A program made the position numbers and the translations under genes. Shown here piece by piece: positions 37,738 to 47,442 of a DNA stretch of 64,000 nt (position 1 is the first letter of the stretch; each line of letters opens with the position of its first letter). The stretch is taken from contig CAVWGL010000009.1 in assembly GCA_963754565.1 (NCBI GenBank), positions 281,546 to 345,545 on the forward strand, in the 5' to 3' direction. Below the pieces are notes generated by a model, which had not been told where the DNA came from, did not search any database, and saw only the letters and a program-made list of their open reading frames with translations. Origin of the DNA: Vulcanimicrobiota bacterium (lineage in GTDB: Bacteria > Vulcanimicrobiota > Vulcanimicrobiia > Vulcanimicrobiales > Vulcanimicrobiaceae).

Positions 37738-39069
37738 AGGCCACCCGGTCCAGGTGCCCGACCGTGTATTGAGGCATCGACCCGGGCCAGCGGCTTACCC
37801 GCCAGGCCAAAGGCGGCGGCAGGCCCGGCCCACCTCCTGCTCCGGGGCGCCCGACGACGACGGTCTCCAGTTCTCTGCAGGACCGCTCGGCCAGGCCCTC
37901 GTCGTCGAGGCGGGCCCAGTACTGCTCGTTCGCCCTGCCGGCCGAAACCCGCACGACGGTCGTCCCCGGAGCGGCCCAGTGTGGCCATTTGTGGGAACCG
38001 AAGGAACACGCTGTCATTACCATCCCGCTCCCGGGAGCCACCAGGATGCCGCTTATGTCGTTCAGCTTCTCCGGCCCGCCTCCGAAAGCCTTGACTGCCC
38101 CGGAAAGGGCACTTTGCGGTGCCAGATCTGCGAACGCCGTAGCGGCGAACGCCAGCGTGGTGACCGCCACCGAGACGAACTCCATGCCCGCCAGCGGTGG
38201 GGCCGCCGACTCGCCGAAAACCGCCCCGAGCAATGAGAAAGCCACCGGCGCCGGTACGGCCAATATCGCTCCGTCGAACCGCCCGCCGTCGGGCTCGACC
38301 ACGACCCCGCCTCGATCCTGGCGCACCATTGCCGCCTCGGCCGGGACGAACGTAGTGCCGGCGGCCCCCAACCGGTCGACGAGCCGATCGGCCAGGGCTT
38401 GCATCCCTTGGCGGGGGGCTACGAAAAGCGGGCTGGGTGCGGAGGAAGGCTGGCGGGCCGGGGTGGCCCGCCGTAACCCCCTGATGAGGCTCCGGTTGGC
38501 CTGCGCCGCAGCCAGTAGCTGAGGGGCGGTGGCGGCGGCGCTCAGTTGCCTGGTCGACCCGGCGTGGATGCTGCCCAGGAGGGGTTCGACCAAGCGCTCG
38601 GCCACCTGCCGGCCGAGGCGCGATGCGACCAGGTTGTACACGCTTACGTCGCTCTCTTGCCGGAAACGCGGACGAACCAGGTCGAACGACGCCTGGGCTA
38701 TCCCACCGGCCGAGAGGATCCCTGACCGGACCAAGGGCACCAGCTTGGCCGGAGCGCCCAGGACGAGGCCGTCCGGAAGAGGCCGCAGTTTCCCGCCGGA
38801 GAACAGCAGCGCCCGGTTCGCCCGGGTGGCCTCGAGCGACTCATCGAGACCGAGTTCTGAGCAAAGGGCGAGCCCCTCCGGCACCCTCGTAAGCAACGAG
38901 TCGGGGCCTTCGTCCACCGCCCGGCCGAGGAACGGCGTGGTCCGTCAGTTTCCCGCCCAGCTGACTGGGCTCGTACAAGGTGATCTCGGCCCGGTCCCCG
39001 GTGCGCGGCGGCCAGTTCCCACGCCGCTGACAACCCGGCGATCCCACCCCCGATTACGGCGAACTTCAC
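37583..39069 (-). pseudogene. hemY: protoporphyrinogen/coproporphyrinogen III oxidase (HemY/CgoX type), at least 2 frame breaks near the N-terminus
   Basis: GTG 39069 gives MKFAVIGGGIAGLSAAWELAAA. The text then continues ...AEITLYEPSQLGGKL in a second frame and ...DEGPDSLLTRVPEGLALCSELGL... (444 aa) in a third. The start overlaps the hemE stop. Confidence 0.8.
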
Positions 39070-40057
39070 TATCTGGCCGTTTCGGTGTGGACGAGGTCAA
39101 CCAGGCGGGCCAGCTGGTCGGGGTCGGTGGCCGGCAGGACGCCATGGCCGAGGTTGAACACATGGCCCTTGTCCCCGGCTACAGCTAGCACCGCCCTGGC
39201 CTGGTCGGCCAGCACGGGCCAGGGGGCGAGGCAGGCAGTGGGGTCCAGGTTGCCCTGGACGGCGACGCCCGGGCCGACCCTCGAGCGAGCCACGTCGAGT
39301 GGTACTCGCCAATCCACCCCTACCACGTCGGCCCCCGCCTCTGCGAAGGTGCTCAGCAACTCGCCCGCACCCACACCGAAGACGACCCGCGGCACACCAA
39401 GCGGCGCCAGGCCGTCGAGGATCGTCCTCAGGGCGGGCAGTACGTGGCGGCGGTAGTCCGCCGGTGATAGGGCGCCACCCCAGCTCTCGAAGATCTGCAC
39501 TGCGGCCGCCCCGGCGTTCACTTGGTCACGCAGGCTGGCCAGCGCAATGGTGGCCAGGCGACTAACCAGTGCCTCCCACAGCCCGGGCTCAGACCACATG
39601 AGGCTCTTGGTCAAGGCGTAACCCTGCGATGGGCCGCCCTCGACGAGATAGCTAGCCAGCGTAAAGGGGCCGCCGGCAAATCCGATCAGAGGCACGCGCG
39701 AGCTCACGGATGAGCAGGTGGACAGCGTCCACCACGTAGGGGACCGGCGACACCTGTAGACGGTCAAGATCCGCTTGCTCGCGGAAGGGTTTTTCGACCA
39801 CGGGGCCCGTGCCGGGAGCGACGTCCACACCGAAATCCGACGAGTGGTACGACGATGTCCGAGAAAAGGACGGCGGCGTCGACCTCATAGCGGCGCAGTG
39901 GCTGCAAAGTCAGTTCGGCGGCGAGGGCGGGGTCGCGGACCGCGTCCAGGATGCTCCCTGGCCCGCGCCGGGCTCTGTACTCAGGCAGCGAGCGGCCCGC
40001 CTGGCGCATGAACCAGATCGGGGTATAGGGCACAGCTTCGCCCCGGCAGGCGGCCAA
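39069..40057 (-). pseudogene. hemE: uroporphyrinogen decarboxylase, 2 frame breaks
   Basis: [16 protein letters not shown]...LFSDIVVPL is in frame 1. [18 protein letters not shown] is in frame 2. [21 protein letters not shown]...IFESWGG...NLGHGVLP is in frame 3. Confidence 0.85.
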
Positions 40058-40147
40058 GAAAGGGGTGGGGCTAAGGATGGTGAGGCGGAGGATAGGGAGT
40101 TGGCGTCCACTTCGCCTACCGTAACGGCTTGGCCCACTTCCGTAAGC

Positions 40148-40200
40148 GGTCAGGCTCGAGCGGTCAGGCTCAAAATGGTCAGGCTCAAGTGGTCAGGTTC
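40148..40200. repeat. GGTCAGGCTC direct repeat x4 (spacing 14/15/14 nt)
   Basis: Copies at 40148, 40162, 40177 and 40191; the last is GGTCAGGTTC. The array lies in the divergent hemE/helD intergenic region. Confidence 0.8.
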
Positions 40201-40292
40201 CTCAAGCCTCCGAGGCCGCCACGTTAGCCGGCCCTGGCGCCATCCCGCCTTGCAGGATGCGGGTGTGGCGAGCAAAGTGGAAGGTTCGGGCT

Positions 40293-42679
40293 ATGGCGCA
40301 CCCTGACGTGCCTGCTGAGCAGGCCTACCTCGACCGTGCTTACGAACGCCTCGAGGTTGTCCGGGGCGAGACCCAGGCTCGCCTGCGGGAGGCGTTCAGG
40401 GAACGCGGGGGTACGTTCCAGTCCTATACCGAACGCGATATCAGGGTGCGTAACAGCCTAAACCGCCTCGAGAAACTGCAGCTGGGACGAGAGGCCCTCA
40501 TCTTCGGCCGCATTGACCGGGCTGGTCACCATGACGGTGAGGGTGCTGGCGCTAGTGAAGCCGACGCCGTAGGTGGCGGGCGAAGCGAGCGGGGCAGCGG
40601 CGAGGACGAAAGCTTCCATATAGGGCGGCTGGCGCTCTCGGACGCCGAGCACGAACCCCTGGTGGTGGACTGGAGGGCGCCGGTGGCCGAGCCCTTTTAC
40701 CGGGCGACGGGGGCGCGCCCTATGGGGTTGCGCCGGCGGCGCCATTTCCTGACAGAAGGCCGGCGGGTCGTCGACCTCGAGGATGAGCTGTTCGCCCCGG
40801 ACGGGACGGAGGTGTCGGCCGAAGTGCTCGGCCTGTCCGGGCCTGGTGTGTTGAGGGCGGCCCTCGAACCGCGCCCACACCGGCCGGATGCGCGACATCG
40901 TCGCCACCGTCCAGGCTGAGCAGGACGAGATCATCCGCTCCCCCCTGCCCGGGGCGCTGGTCGTGCAGGGCGGCCCTGGCACCGGGAAGACGGCCGTAGC
41001 TCTTCACCGGGCCGCCTACCTCCTCTACACGCACCGCTTCCCGCTCGAGGTCCAGGGAGTGCTCGTAGTCGCCAATCCCACCTTCCTGCGCTACATAGAC
41101 CAGGTGCTGCCGTCGCTCGGAGAAACAGGGGCCGAACTTTCAACCGCCAGCGGGCTGTACAAAGGGGCCAAGCCGGTGGCGACCGAGCCGGTACCGCGTG
41201 GCCCGCCTGAAGGGCGACCCCAGGATGGCCAGGTTCATCCGGCGGGCCGTCCGCCAACGGGAACGACCGCTGCGCAGGACGGCCGAGATCCCCTACGGCC
41301 GCCTGGTGCTAACTCTCACACCTCAGGCCTCGGCCGAGATCGTGAGTACGGCCAAGAGACGTTCTGGCCCGCACAACGCCCGTCGCCGGCTAGTCGAGCG
41401 CTTGCTATGGGAGCACTTTGCCGCCCAGTTCGAACGGCGCGGAGACGGCCCCGACGGCCGTCCGGGCGAACAGGGACGGGCCGGAACAGGACGTGGCCAG
41501 ACCGCCTCGGGGCCAGTGGCACCTGGCTCCGACGAGATCTCGGCCAGCGAGCTCGGGGCGGAGCTGCGCCACCGGCCCGAAGTAGTGGAACTTCTCGAGC
41601 GGATCTGGCCCAGGATGACGGCCGAAGCTTTTCTGCACGACCTCTTTGGAGCGAGGCCGCTGATCGCGCTGGCTGGCAACGGCGTGCTCAGTGCGACAGA
41701 ACTCGACCTCCTGTTCCGCCCTAGAAGCGCAAACCTCAATGACGTCCCGTGGTCTCCAGCCGACGTCGCCTTGTTGGACGAGGCGAGCTGGCTGCTCGGC
41801 CCGGTGCGCTCTGAGCCAGCTACCGAGCACCGGTCCTACGGCCACATCGTGGTCGACGAAGTGCAGGATCTCTCGCCCATGGAGCTCAGGATGGTCGGCA
41901 GACGGTCGCTGTCTGGCTCCATGACGCTGGTCGGCGACATCGCTCAGGCGACGGGTTATTGGGCGCCGAGCTCCTGGGACGACCTGATGGCGCACCTGCC
42001 GGCCCGCAGAGGCTGGCGCCTGGCCAGCCTGTCCGTGAGCTATCGCGCCCCTGCCGAAGTGATGGAGCTGGCGGCGCACGTCCTCGCCGCGGCCCTGCCC
42101 GGGGCCAGGCCGCCTGAGCCCGTGCGCCGGACAGAACGGCGCCCGAGGGTGCTTACGCCGAGCACGAACGCCGGTCAAGACGGGACGGCGGTCTGGCACG
42201 CGCTCATTTCCCGCACCGTCAAAGACGAGCTTCAGGCCGTTTCCGCCATCGAGGCCGGCGAGGACGGCAGCGTGGGCGTCCTGGTCCCGTCAGAGCTCTT
42301 GGCTGACACGAGGTCGGCTCTCGAAGAAGGAGGTGTGGCCTTCGGCGAAGTCGGTTCGGGTGCCCTAGACACGCCGGTGAGCCTCCTCGCGCTGGGCGAC
42401 GCCAAGGGCCTGGAGTTCGACTCCGTGGTGGTCGTGGAGCCGGCACGTATCGTTGCGCAACCGCCCGAAGGGATGCGCGCCCTCTATGTGGCTGTAACCC
42501 GCTGTACCCGGCGGTTGGCCATACTGCACCGGGAGCCACTGCCGGCACCTCTGCGGGGGGCGGACCGTGGCCCAGGACAAGAAGACGGCTCAAGTGATGG
42601 GCCGGATGCGAGAGACGCCGGCACAAACCTAGAAGGCGTCGGGCATCCAGGGGACGGGGCCGGCGAAGAGGGCCGTTAG
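40293..42679 (+). pseudogene. helD: HelD-type UvrD-like helicase (RNA-polymerase-associated), 2 frame breaks
   Basis: EQAYLDRAYERLEV...HIGRLALSD...LVVDWRAPVAEPFYRAT, then GGPGTGKTAVALHRAAYLLY, then ...HIVVDEVQDLSPMELRMV...VSYRAP...KGLEFDSVVVV...LYVAVTRCTRRL. The frame switches near 40870 and 41200. The 3-prime end overlaps the convergent gene. Confidence 0.8.
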
Positions 42680-43898
42680 GAACCCCAGGCTGGGGTCGTC
42701 CTCGTCCAGGGCGCCGAGCAACACCAGGTCGGACGGCGTAGCCAGGCCGGTGTACAGCGCGGAGAACAGGCCGATGGGCAGCGTTTTTGCCGGCGCCGGT
42801 TTGGATCGTCTGGTTCCGGCCGGCACGGTTTCGGGCGACACGGTTTCGGCGCCTTCCTCGGGCCGCGGCTCGGTCGGGGTCACAGCGACCCTGCCCCCGC
42901 TGGCGCGGACCACCCATGACCCTGAGTTCCCCGGAAAGAGGGGGTCGTGGATACTGAGGACGGTTTCGCCTTCGACGGCCGGGTAACCCCGGGCTTCGAG
43001 CGCCCCGGGCACGTCCAGCACCCGCAACATCCACCTGGTCCATGAAGGGGACAGGGCGAACCCGTTGGTCTGGAGGACTAGGCCCAGCGGCCCTGCGCTC
43101 ACTGGCCCAACCACACCAGGTCCTTGGCCGCGTTCTCGAACCGCCTGAAGTACCGGATGAGAGAGTTGAACGCGGCCGCGCTCGTGGCGACCAGGTGCTT
43201 ACAGAACAACGCGTAACTCCCTCCCCGCCTTTCTTCCAGGAAGTAGCTGGCATAGCCGGCGATGCCGTCGTTGCCCGCGACGACCGCGGTGCGCTGGTAG
43301 GTGCCCTCGCCGGCGTGGGCGAGGGAACGGTCCACCCAGAAAGCAGGGTCTGCGGTCTCGACGGGCCCGTTGAACCGGCGAGCAAACTTAGAGAAGCAGG
43401 TCATGACCTCGCCGATCTCGTTCTTGTCCATCTCCCTCACCGATAGCTCACTGACCTGGGCGTTTGTGGTGCTGCCCCCCGGTAAGCCGGCCGCCGGCAG
43501 ATCGGCGATCGCCACTCGGAAGTGCGGCCGGAAACCCGCGAACTCGTAACCCAGCTTCCTGTACAAGGTGGCCGTCGAGGGGTAGAGAGCGCTCACGAGC
43601 CGGCCCTCTGCTCGGCCCTTTCGCAACAGCTCGCTCACCAGCGCGGCCGCCGTCCCACGCCCGCGGTCCTCTGGCTGGACGACGACTCCCTCGATGCCTG
43701 CGCAGGGCACCGGGCCCCGCCGAACCACTGGTCGAAGTCGATCGAGCGGGCGGAGGCGGCCACACGGGCCCCGTCGTAGACGCAGAGACGGCCGGTCAGG
43801 GAGATCCTCTCTGGCCGGGCCGGGGAATTGAACGCCAGACCGGACAATAAAGCGATTGCTTCCCTGTCCGTCTCGTCGGGGGGGCGGATGTCGGGCAT
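42629..43898 (-). pseudogene. Eis-like GNAT acetyltransferase with a C-terminal SCP2-like domain, 2 frame breaks
   Basis: Pieced from 43635..43898, 43099..43728 and 42629..43114. GIEGVVVQPEDRGRGTAAALVSELL is the GNAT motif. The C-terminus ...IHDPLFPGNSGSWVVRASGGRVAV...LFSALYTG...FAGPVPWMPDAF matches the Eis family layout. Confidence 0.75.
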
Positions 43899-43946
43899 GG
43901 GCCGAAAATACTAGGCTCCCCCCATCGCCCAGGGAAGGAGCGAGCA

Positions 43947-44243
43947 GTGCTGGTACTGACGAGGCATGTCCACCAGAGCATCGTGATAGGCCAGGACGTC
44001 GTGATTACGGTTCTGGAGGTCCGGGGGGACCAGGTCCGGCTGGGGATCACAGCACCGAAGGACGTCCAGGTCCATCGCGAGGAGGTCTTTGCCGCCCTGT
44101 CGGCCGCCGAGCGCCAAGACAGTTTGCCCGAACCGGGTGCATCTGAAAGGGTGCCTCACGGCGTTGTCCGCCAGGGCGTTGTGCCCGAGGACGTTGCGGC
44201 CCAGAACATCGGAACGGCCACGGACCAGAGCCCTAGGGCCTGA
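43947..44243 (+). CDS. csrA: carbon storage regulator CsrA/RsmA-family RNA-binding protein with a C-terminal extension
   Basis: GGAAGGAG lies 6 nt upstream of GTG 43947. MLVLTRHVHQSIVIGQDVVITVLEVRGDQVRLGITAPKDVQVHREEVF aligns position by position with canonical CsrA ([48 protein letters not shown]). Confidence 0.8.
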   Translation: MLVLTRHVHQSIVIGQDVVITVLEVRGDQVRLGITAPKDVQVHREEVFAALSAAERQDSLPEPGASERVPHGVVRQGVVPEDVAAQNIGTATDQSPRA

Positions 44244-44440
44244 GTTCCCGTGCGGGGCCGCAGAGGTAGCCGACAAGTCGCGCCCCGCCCGGTATCATTC
44301 TTAGACGAGGCCACGGTGATCAGGTCTGGCGCAGGGGCTACACAGCAGCCGGTGCCGCTCGGTAACTGGCTATGTGGTGGCCGCTGCAGACTGGTAGGGG
44401 AGCGCCTGTGAGTGCCCTTCGCGTGAGGACAAGGGACTAA

Positions 44441-45376
44441 GTGCCAAACAACCATGCCGCTCAGCCCGAGGAGGACTTGGTCCGCCTATATCTGAACGAC
44501 ATCGGCAAGCATTCGCTGCTGACGAAGGACGATGAGGCAAGGTTGGCGCAAGCCATCGAGGCCGGGCGAGCTGCCCGAGCTGAGATGGGGGCGAGCCGCC
44601 AACTGACGGTCCCCCGCAAGCGCGAGTTGCGGCGAGCCATCAGAGAAGGCGACGAAGCGGCGGAGACGTTCGTAAAGGCCAACCTGCGGCTCGTCGTCTC
44701 CATCGCCAAGAAGTACCAGGCCGCAGAGCTACCGCTGCTCGACCTGGTGCAAGAGGGGAACCTCGGGCTGATGCACGCGGTCGAGAAGTTCGATTGGCGC
44801 AAAGGCTTCAAGTTCTCGACGTATGCCACCTGGTGGATCCGTCAGGCGATAACCCGCGGCATCGCCAATACGGGCCGGACAGTTCGTCTCCCTGTCCATG
44901 CCGGCGACCTTTTGACCCGTGTCACCAAGGCTCGCGGCCGTCTCGAGGGCCAACTCGGGCGCCGTCCGACCTCGGCTGAGCTAGCCAACGACCTCGAGCT
45001 CGAAGAGGAAAAGGTGATCGAGATCCTGCGTCACGCGGCGGAGCCGCTGTCGCTCTCGGAGCCGCTTCGGGAGGACGGTGACGCCGAGCTGGGCGACGTG
45101 GTCGAGGACCGTTCGGCGGTGTCGCCGTTCGAGGCCGCCGCCGCATCGTTGTTATCCGGTGAGGTCAGCAAGATGCTCGTCGCCCTGGACGAGCGCGAAC
45201 GGGAGATCCTCCGGCTCCGCTTTGGCCTGGACCGGGGAGAGCCCCGGACGCTGGACGAGGTGGGCGAGCACTTCAACCTGACAAGGGAGAGGATCCGCCA
45301 GATCGAGGCCAGGGCGATGTCGAAGCTGCGTCACCCGTCCACCGACCGGGGGGCGCGAGAGCTGCTGACCACCTAG
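44441..45376 (+). CDS. sigma-70-family RNA polymerase sigma factor (group 1/2, principal-like)
   Basis: DLVRLYLNDIGKHSLLT, ANLRLVVSIAKKY, LDLVQEGNLGLMHAVEKFDWRKGFKFSTYATWWIRQAITR, and EREILRLRFGLD...TLDEVGEHFNLTRERIRQIEARAMSKLRH cover regions 1.2 to 4.2. It is intact. Confidence 0.9.
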   Translation: MPNNHAAQPEEDLVRLYLNDIGKHSLLTKDDEARLAQAIEAGRAARAEMGASRQLTVPRKRELRRAIREGDEAAETFVKANLRLVVSIAKKYQAAELPLLDLVQEGNLGLMHAVEKFDWRKGFKFSTYATWWIRQAITRGIANTGRTVRLPVHAGDLLTRVTKARGRLEGQLGRRPTSAELANDLELEEEKVIEILRHAAEPLSLSEPLREDGDAELGDVVEDRSAVSPFEAAAASLLSGEVSKMLVALDEREREILRLRFGLDRGEPRTLDEVGEHFNLTRERIRQIEARAMSKLRHPSTDRGARELLTT

Positions 45377-45511
45377 CCCATCTGGCCGGCCTCGGTGCCG
45401 GCGTACTGGGCGCCACCGGCGGTTGAACACGGCTGTCCCGCGGCCGATTTGGCCCGTTGTGGCCCGGGACGCTGTCGGCGGGGGACCGGTTTGCTTGGGT
45501 TCGGGGGCGGC

Positions 45512-45967
45512 TTAGGCGCCCGTAAATGGCCGGCTGAAGTCTTCGGGCAACTTGGCCAATACGAAGCTGAACAGAAGCTTGTGGTCTGTCGTCACCAACA
45601 CGATGGCGGCCTTCCCAGAGTCGTTAGTCGGCGAGCCAGCAACCTGGCCGGCGGGGAAGTTACCCGTGAAGGCGAAAGCACACACGCTCTTGCCCCGTCC
45701 CACAGGGGGGACCGGGAGGTTTTTATGTGCCCGCTGATTTACCAGGCGTTCCATGGCGCGGGGGCGGACGAGGATAACCCCGTGGAAGTCGTAAGCGGTG
45801 CGAGGGAGGTTGAGGGCAGCCTCGGCTATGGGAAGGCTCTCATAGCAGTCCGACAACCCCACCGGGGGGCTCGGATGGGCACACGCGGCGACGGCGCCGC
45901 TGAGACCGCCGGCCACAACCGCGGCCATGGCCAGCCGTGAGAGCGAGCGGAAGAAAGTGGTCATCAT
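45512..45967 (-). CDS. hypothetical lipoprotein
   Basis: The signal plus lipobox-like sequence is MMTTFFRSLSRLAMAAVVAGGLSGAVAAC. GAAGGA lies upstream of the ATG. Confidence 0.6.
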   Translation of the reverse strand: MMTTFFRSLSRLAMAAVVAGGLSGAVAACAHPSPPVGLSDCYESLPIAEAALNLPRTAYDFHGVILVRPRAMERLVNQRAHKNLPVPPVGRGKSVCAFAFTGNFPAGQVAGSPTNDSGKAAIVLVTTDHKLLFSFVLAKLPEDFSRPFTGA

Positions 45968-45990
45968 GGCTTGTTCAGTCGTCCTTCGTT

Positions 45991-46116
45991 GCCGTCACTG
46001 GCTCCCTTGCCGTCACTGGCTCCCTTGCCGTCACTGGCTCCCTTGCCGTCACTGGCTCCCTTGCCGTCACTGGCTCCCTTGCCGTCACTGGCTCCCTTGC
46101 TGGCACTGGCGCTCGT
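45991..46116. repeat. 18-bp tandem repeat GCCGTCACTGGCTCCCTT, 6 perfect copies plus 1 degenerate
   Basis: Read directly from the sequence. Perfect copies start at 45991, 46009, 46027, 46045, 46063 and 46081. The degenerate copy is at 46099..46116. Confidence 0.9.
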
Positions 46117-46121
46117 AGCGT

Positions 46122-47405
46122 TCACTTGTCCTCCGTCCCGGCTCGAGAGCCGAGGTTCTTGGCCGCAGCAGCCCTGCCGGCCGCGCCGGCGCTGCCGGCG
46201 CTTTCCCCACGCGCACTACCGCCACGTGCACCGTCCCCAACCGCACCGTCGTCACTCGTTGCGTCGTCACTCGTTCCGGCCCCATAAGTTCCGGCCCGAC
46301 TCGCTCTTCCCATCCCGCCCGAGGCCAGCGCCGTCGGCGCTGCGGTGGCTGCGGCCGCCCGTGCCGCCCGTTCTCTCCGCCGCCGACCACGGGCCAGTAC
46401 CAGGTAGCAGCCGGCACCAGTGGGGAGCGGGATCCAGAAACTGATCACCCTGTAGAGGAGGACGGCGGCCACTGTTGGTGCCCGGCCGCCGCCGAACGCG
46501 ACCAGGGCGACCGTCAGACTGCCCTCCACTACTCCGAGGCCGCCTGGAGTTATGGGGAGGTTAACGGCCAGCTGAGCGGCGCAATAGGCCAGCAGGAGGC
46601 CCTGCCAGGGAACAGGGGAACCGACGGCCAAGAAAGCGAACGCCAGGCAACCACAGTCCGCTATCCAGTACGCCGACCCGGCCAGCACCGCCGTCAACCA
46701 CTGGTTGCGGGCGGGGGCGACGCTGCTCATCCGCTGGAGAGCGCGGGCCATGGGGCCGGTGAACTGCCCCGGCTTACGGTGCAGCCGTCGTTCGAGCCCT
46801 CCCGCCGCCCTCGACAGGAGGTCGTACGCCTTGGCCCGCTTAACCCAGACGACCACCACCAGGCCGGCGCAGACGAGCACCCCCAGGATGGCTCCCACCA
46901 GGTCGAACGTGCTGCCCGTGGACGCCGCAAAGGCCAGCCCGACCCCGGCCAGAGTGGCCAGGGTGGCAAAAGCGACTGTAAACGCGGCAACCACGACCCA
47001 GCCGGCGAGCACTTCGTCTGCGCCGGCGAACTCGTACTGGCGAAAGACGTATAGACCGGCAAAGGCGGCGCCGACGGGCAAGGCCGCCTGTATCGAGCTG
47101 CCGGCGAAGGTGATGGCCGTCAACCGGCTCAGTCGGGCTCTGATACCGCCGGCTCGCAACAAGAGACGCTGTACGGAGGCCAGAGCCATGAACGAGCCCA
47201 ATTCGGCCAGGCCGCCCATGACCAGCCAGTACCAACGCAGCTGAGTGAGGAAGGCCGAGGCGCCTGATAGCTCGCTTGTCTTACCGGTGATGACCCAGGC
47301 GGCTACTCCCACCAAAGCGAAGCCGGCGACGACGCGGAAGGGCCGCCACCAGCGGCGAAGTTGTCCCTTACTCGGCCATCCCATTTGGGCACATTTTCGT
47401 GCCAA
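46122..47405 (-). CDS. LPG_synthase_TM (flippase-like) family membrane protein
   Basis: It has multiple TM segments and the signature ...NLPITPGGLGVVEGSLTVALVAFGG...LLYRVISFWIPLP, plus a long Ala/Gly/Ser/Asp-rich tail. The C-terminal boundary is questionable (see findings). Confidence 0.75.
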   Translation of the reverse strand: MARKCAQMGWPSKGQLRRWWRPFRVVAGFALVGVAAWVITGKTSELSGASAFLTQLRWYWLVMGGLAELGSFMALASVQRLLLRAGGIRARLSRLTAITFAGSSIQAALPVGAAFAGLYVFRQYEFAGADEVLAGWVVVAAFTVAFATLATLAGVGLAFAASTGSTFDLVGAILGVLVCAGLVVVVWVKRAKAYDLLSRAAGGLERRLHRKPGQFTGPMARALQRMSSVAPARNQWLTAVLAGSAYWIADCGCLAFAFLAVGSPVPWQGLLLAYCAAQLAVNLPITPGGLGVVEGSLTVALVAFGGGRAPTVAAVLLYRVISFWIPLPTGAGCYLVLARGRRRRERAARAAAATAAPTALASGGMGRASRAGTYGAGTSDDATSDDGAVGDGARGGSARGESAGSAGAAGRAAAAKNLGSRAGTEDK

Positions 47406-47442
47406 GCCCGCTTATAGCCCGGGCACGCGAGGCAAAGGCACC

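Noticed and set aside
40201-40292. Looked for the palindromic rifamycin-associated element upstream of helD
   Set aside because: Only a short CCCGC..GCGGG stem is present. Nothing resembles a ~19-bp GC-rich palindrome, so no RAE call is made.
42219-43385. 388-aa minus-strand ORF overlapping the helD 3-prime end and the Eis-like gene
   Set aside because: It is extremely Arg/Pro-rich, a typical high-GC shadow frame. The Eis-like frames give recognisable motifs instead. The same reasoning applies to many other long overlapping ORFs in the track, for example 376..819, 10576..11136, 15013..16299, 20624..21200, 34782..35579, 37355..38236 and 54175..54948.
45927-46444. Plus-strand ORFs across the 18-bp repeats (HWLPCR, VTGSLA and LPSLAP repeat proteins)
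   Set aside because: They are artefacts of translating a tandem repeat on the strand opposite to both neighbouring genes. No start context is present, and they overlap the well-supported minus-strand LPG_synthase_TM gene.
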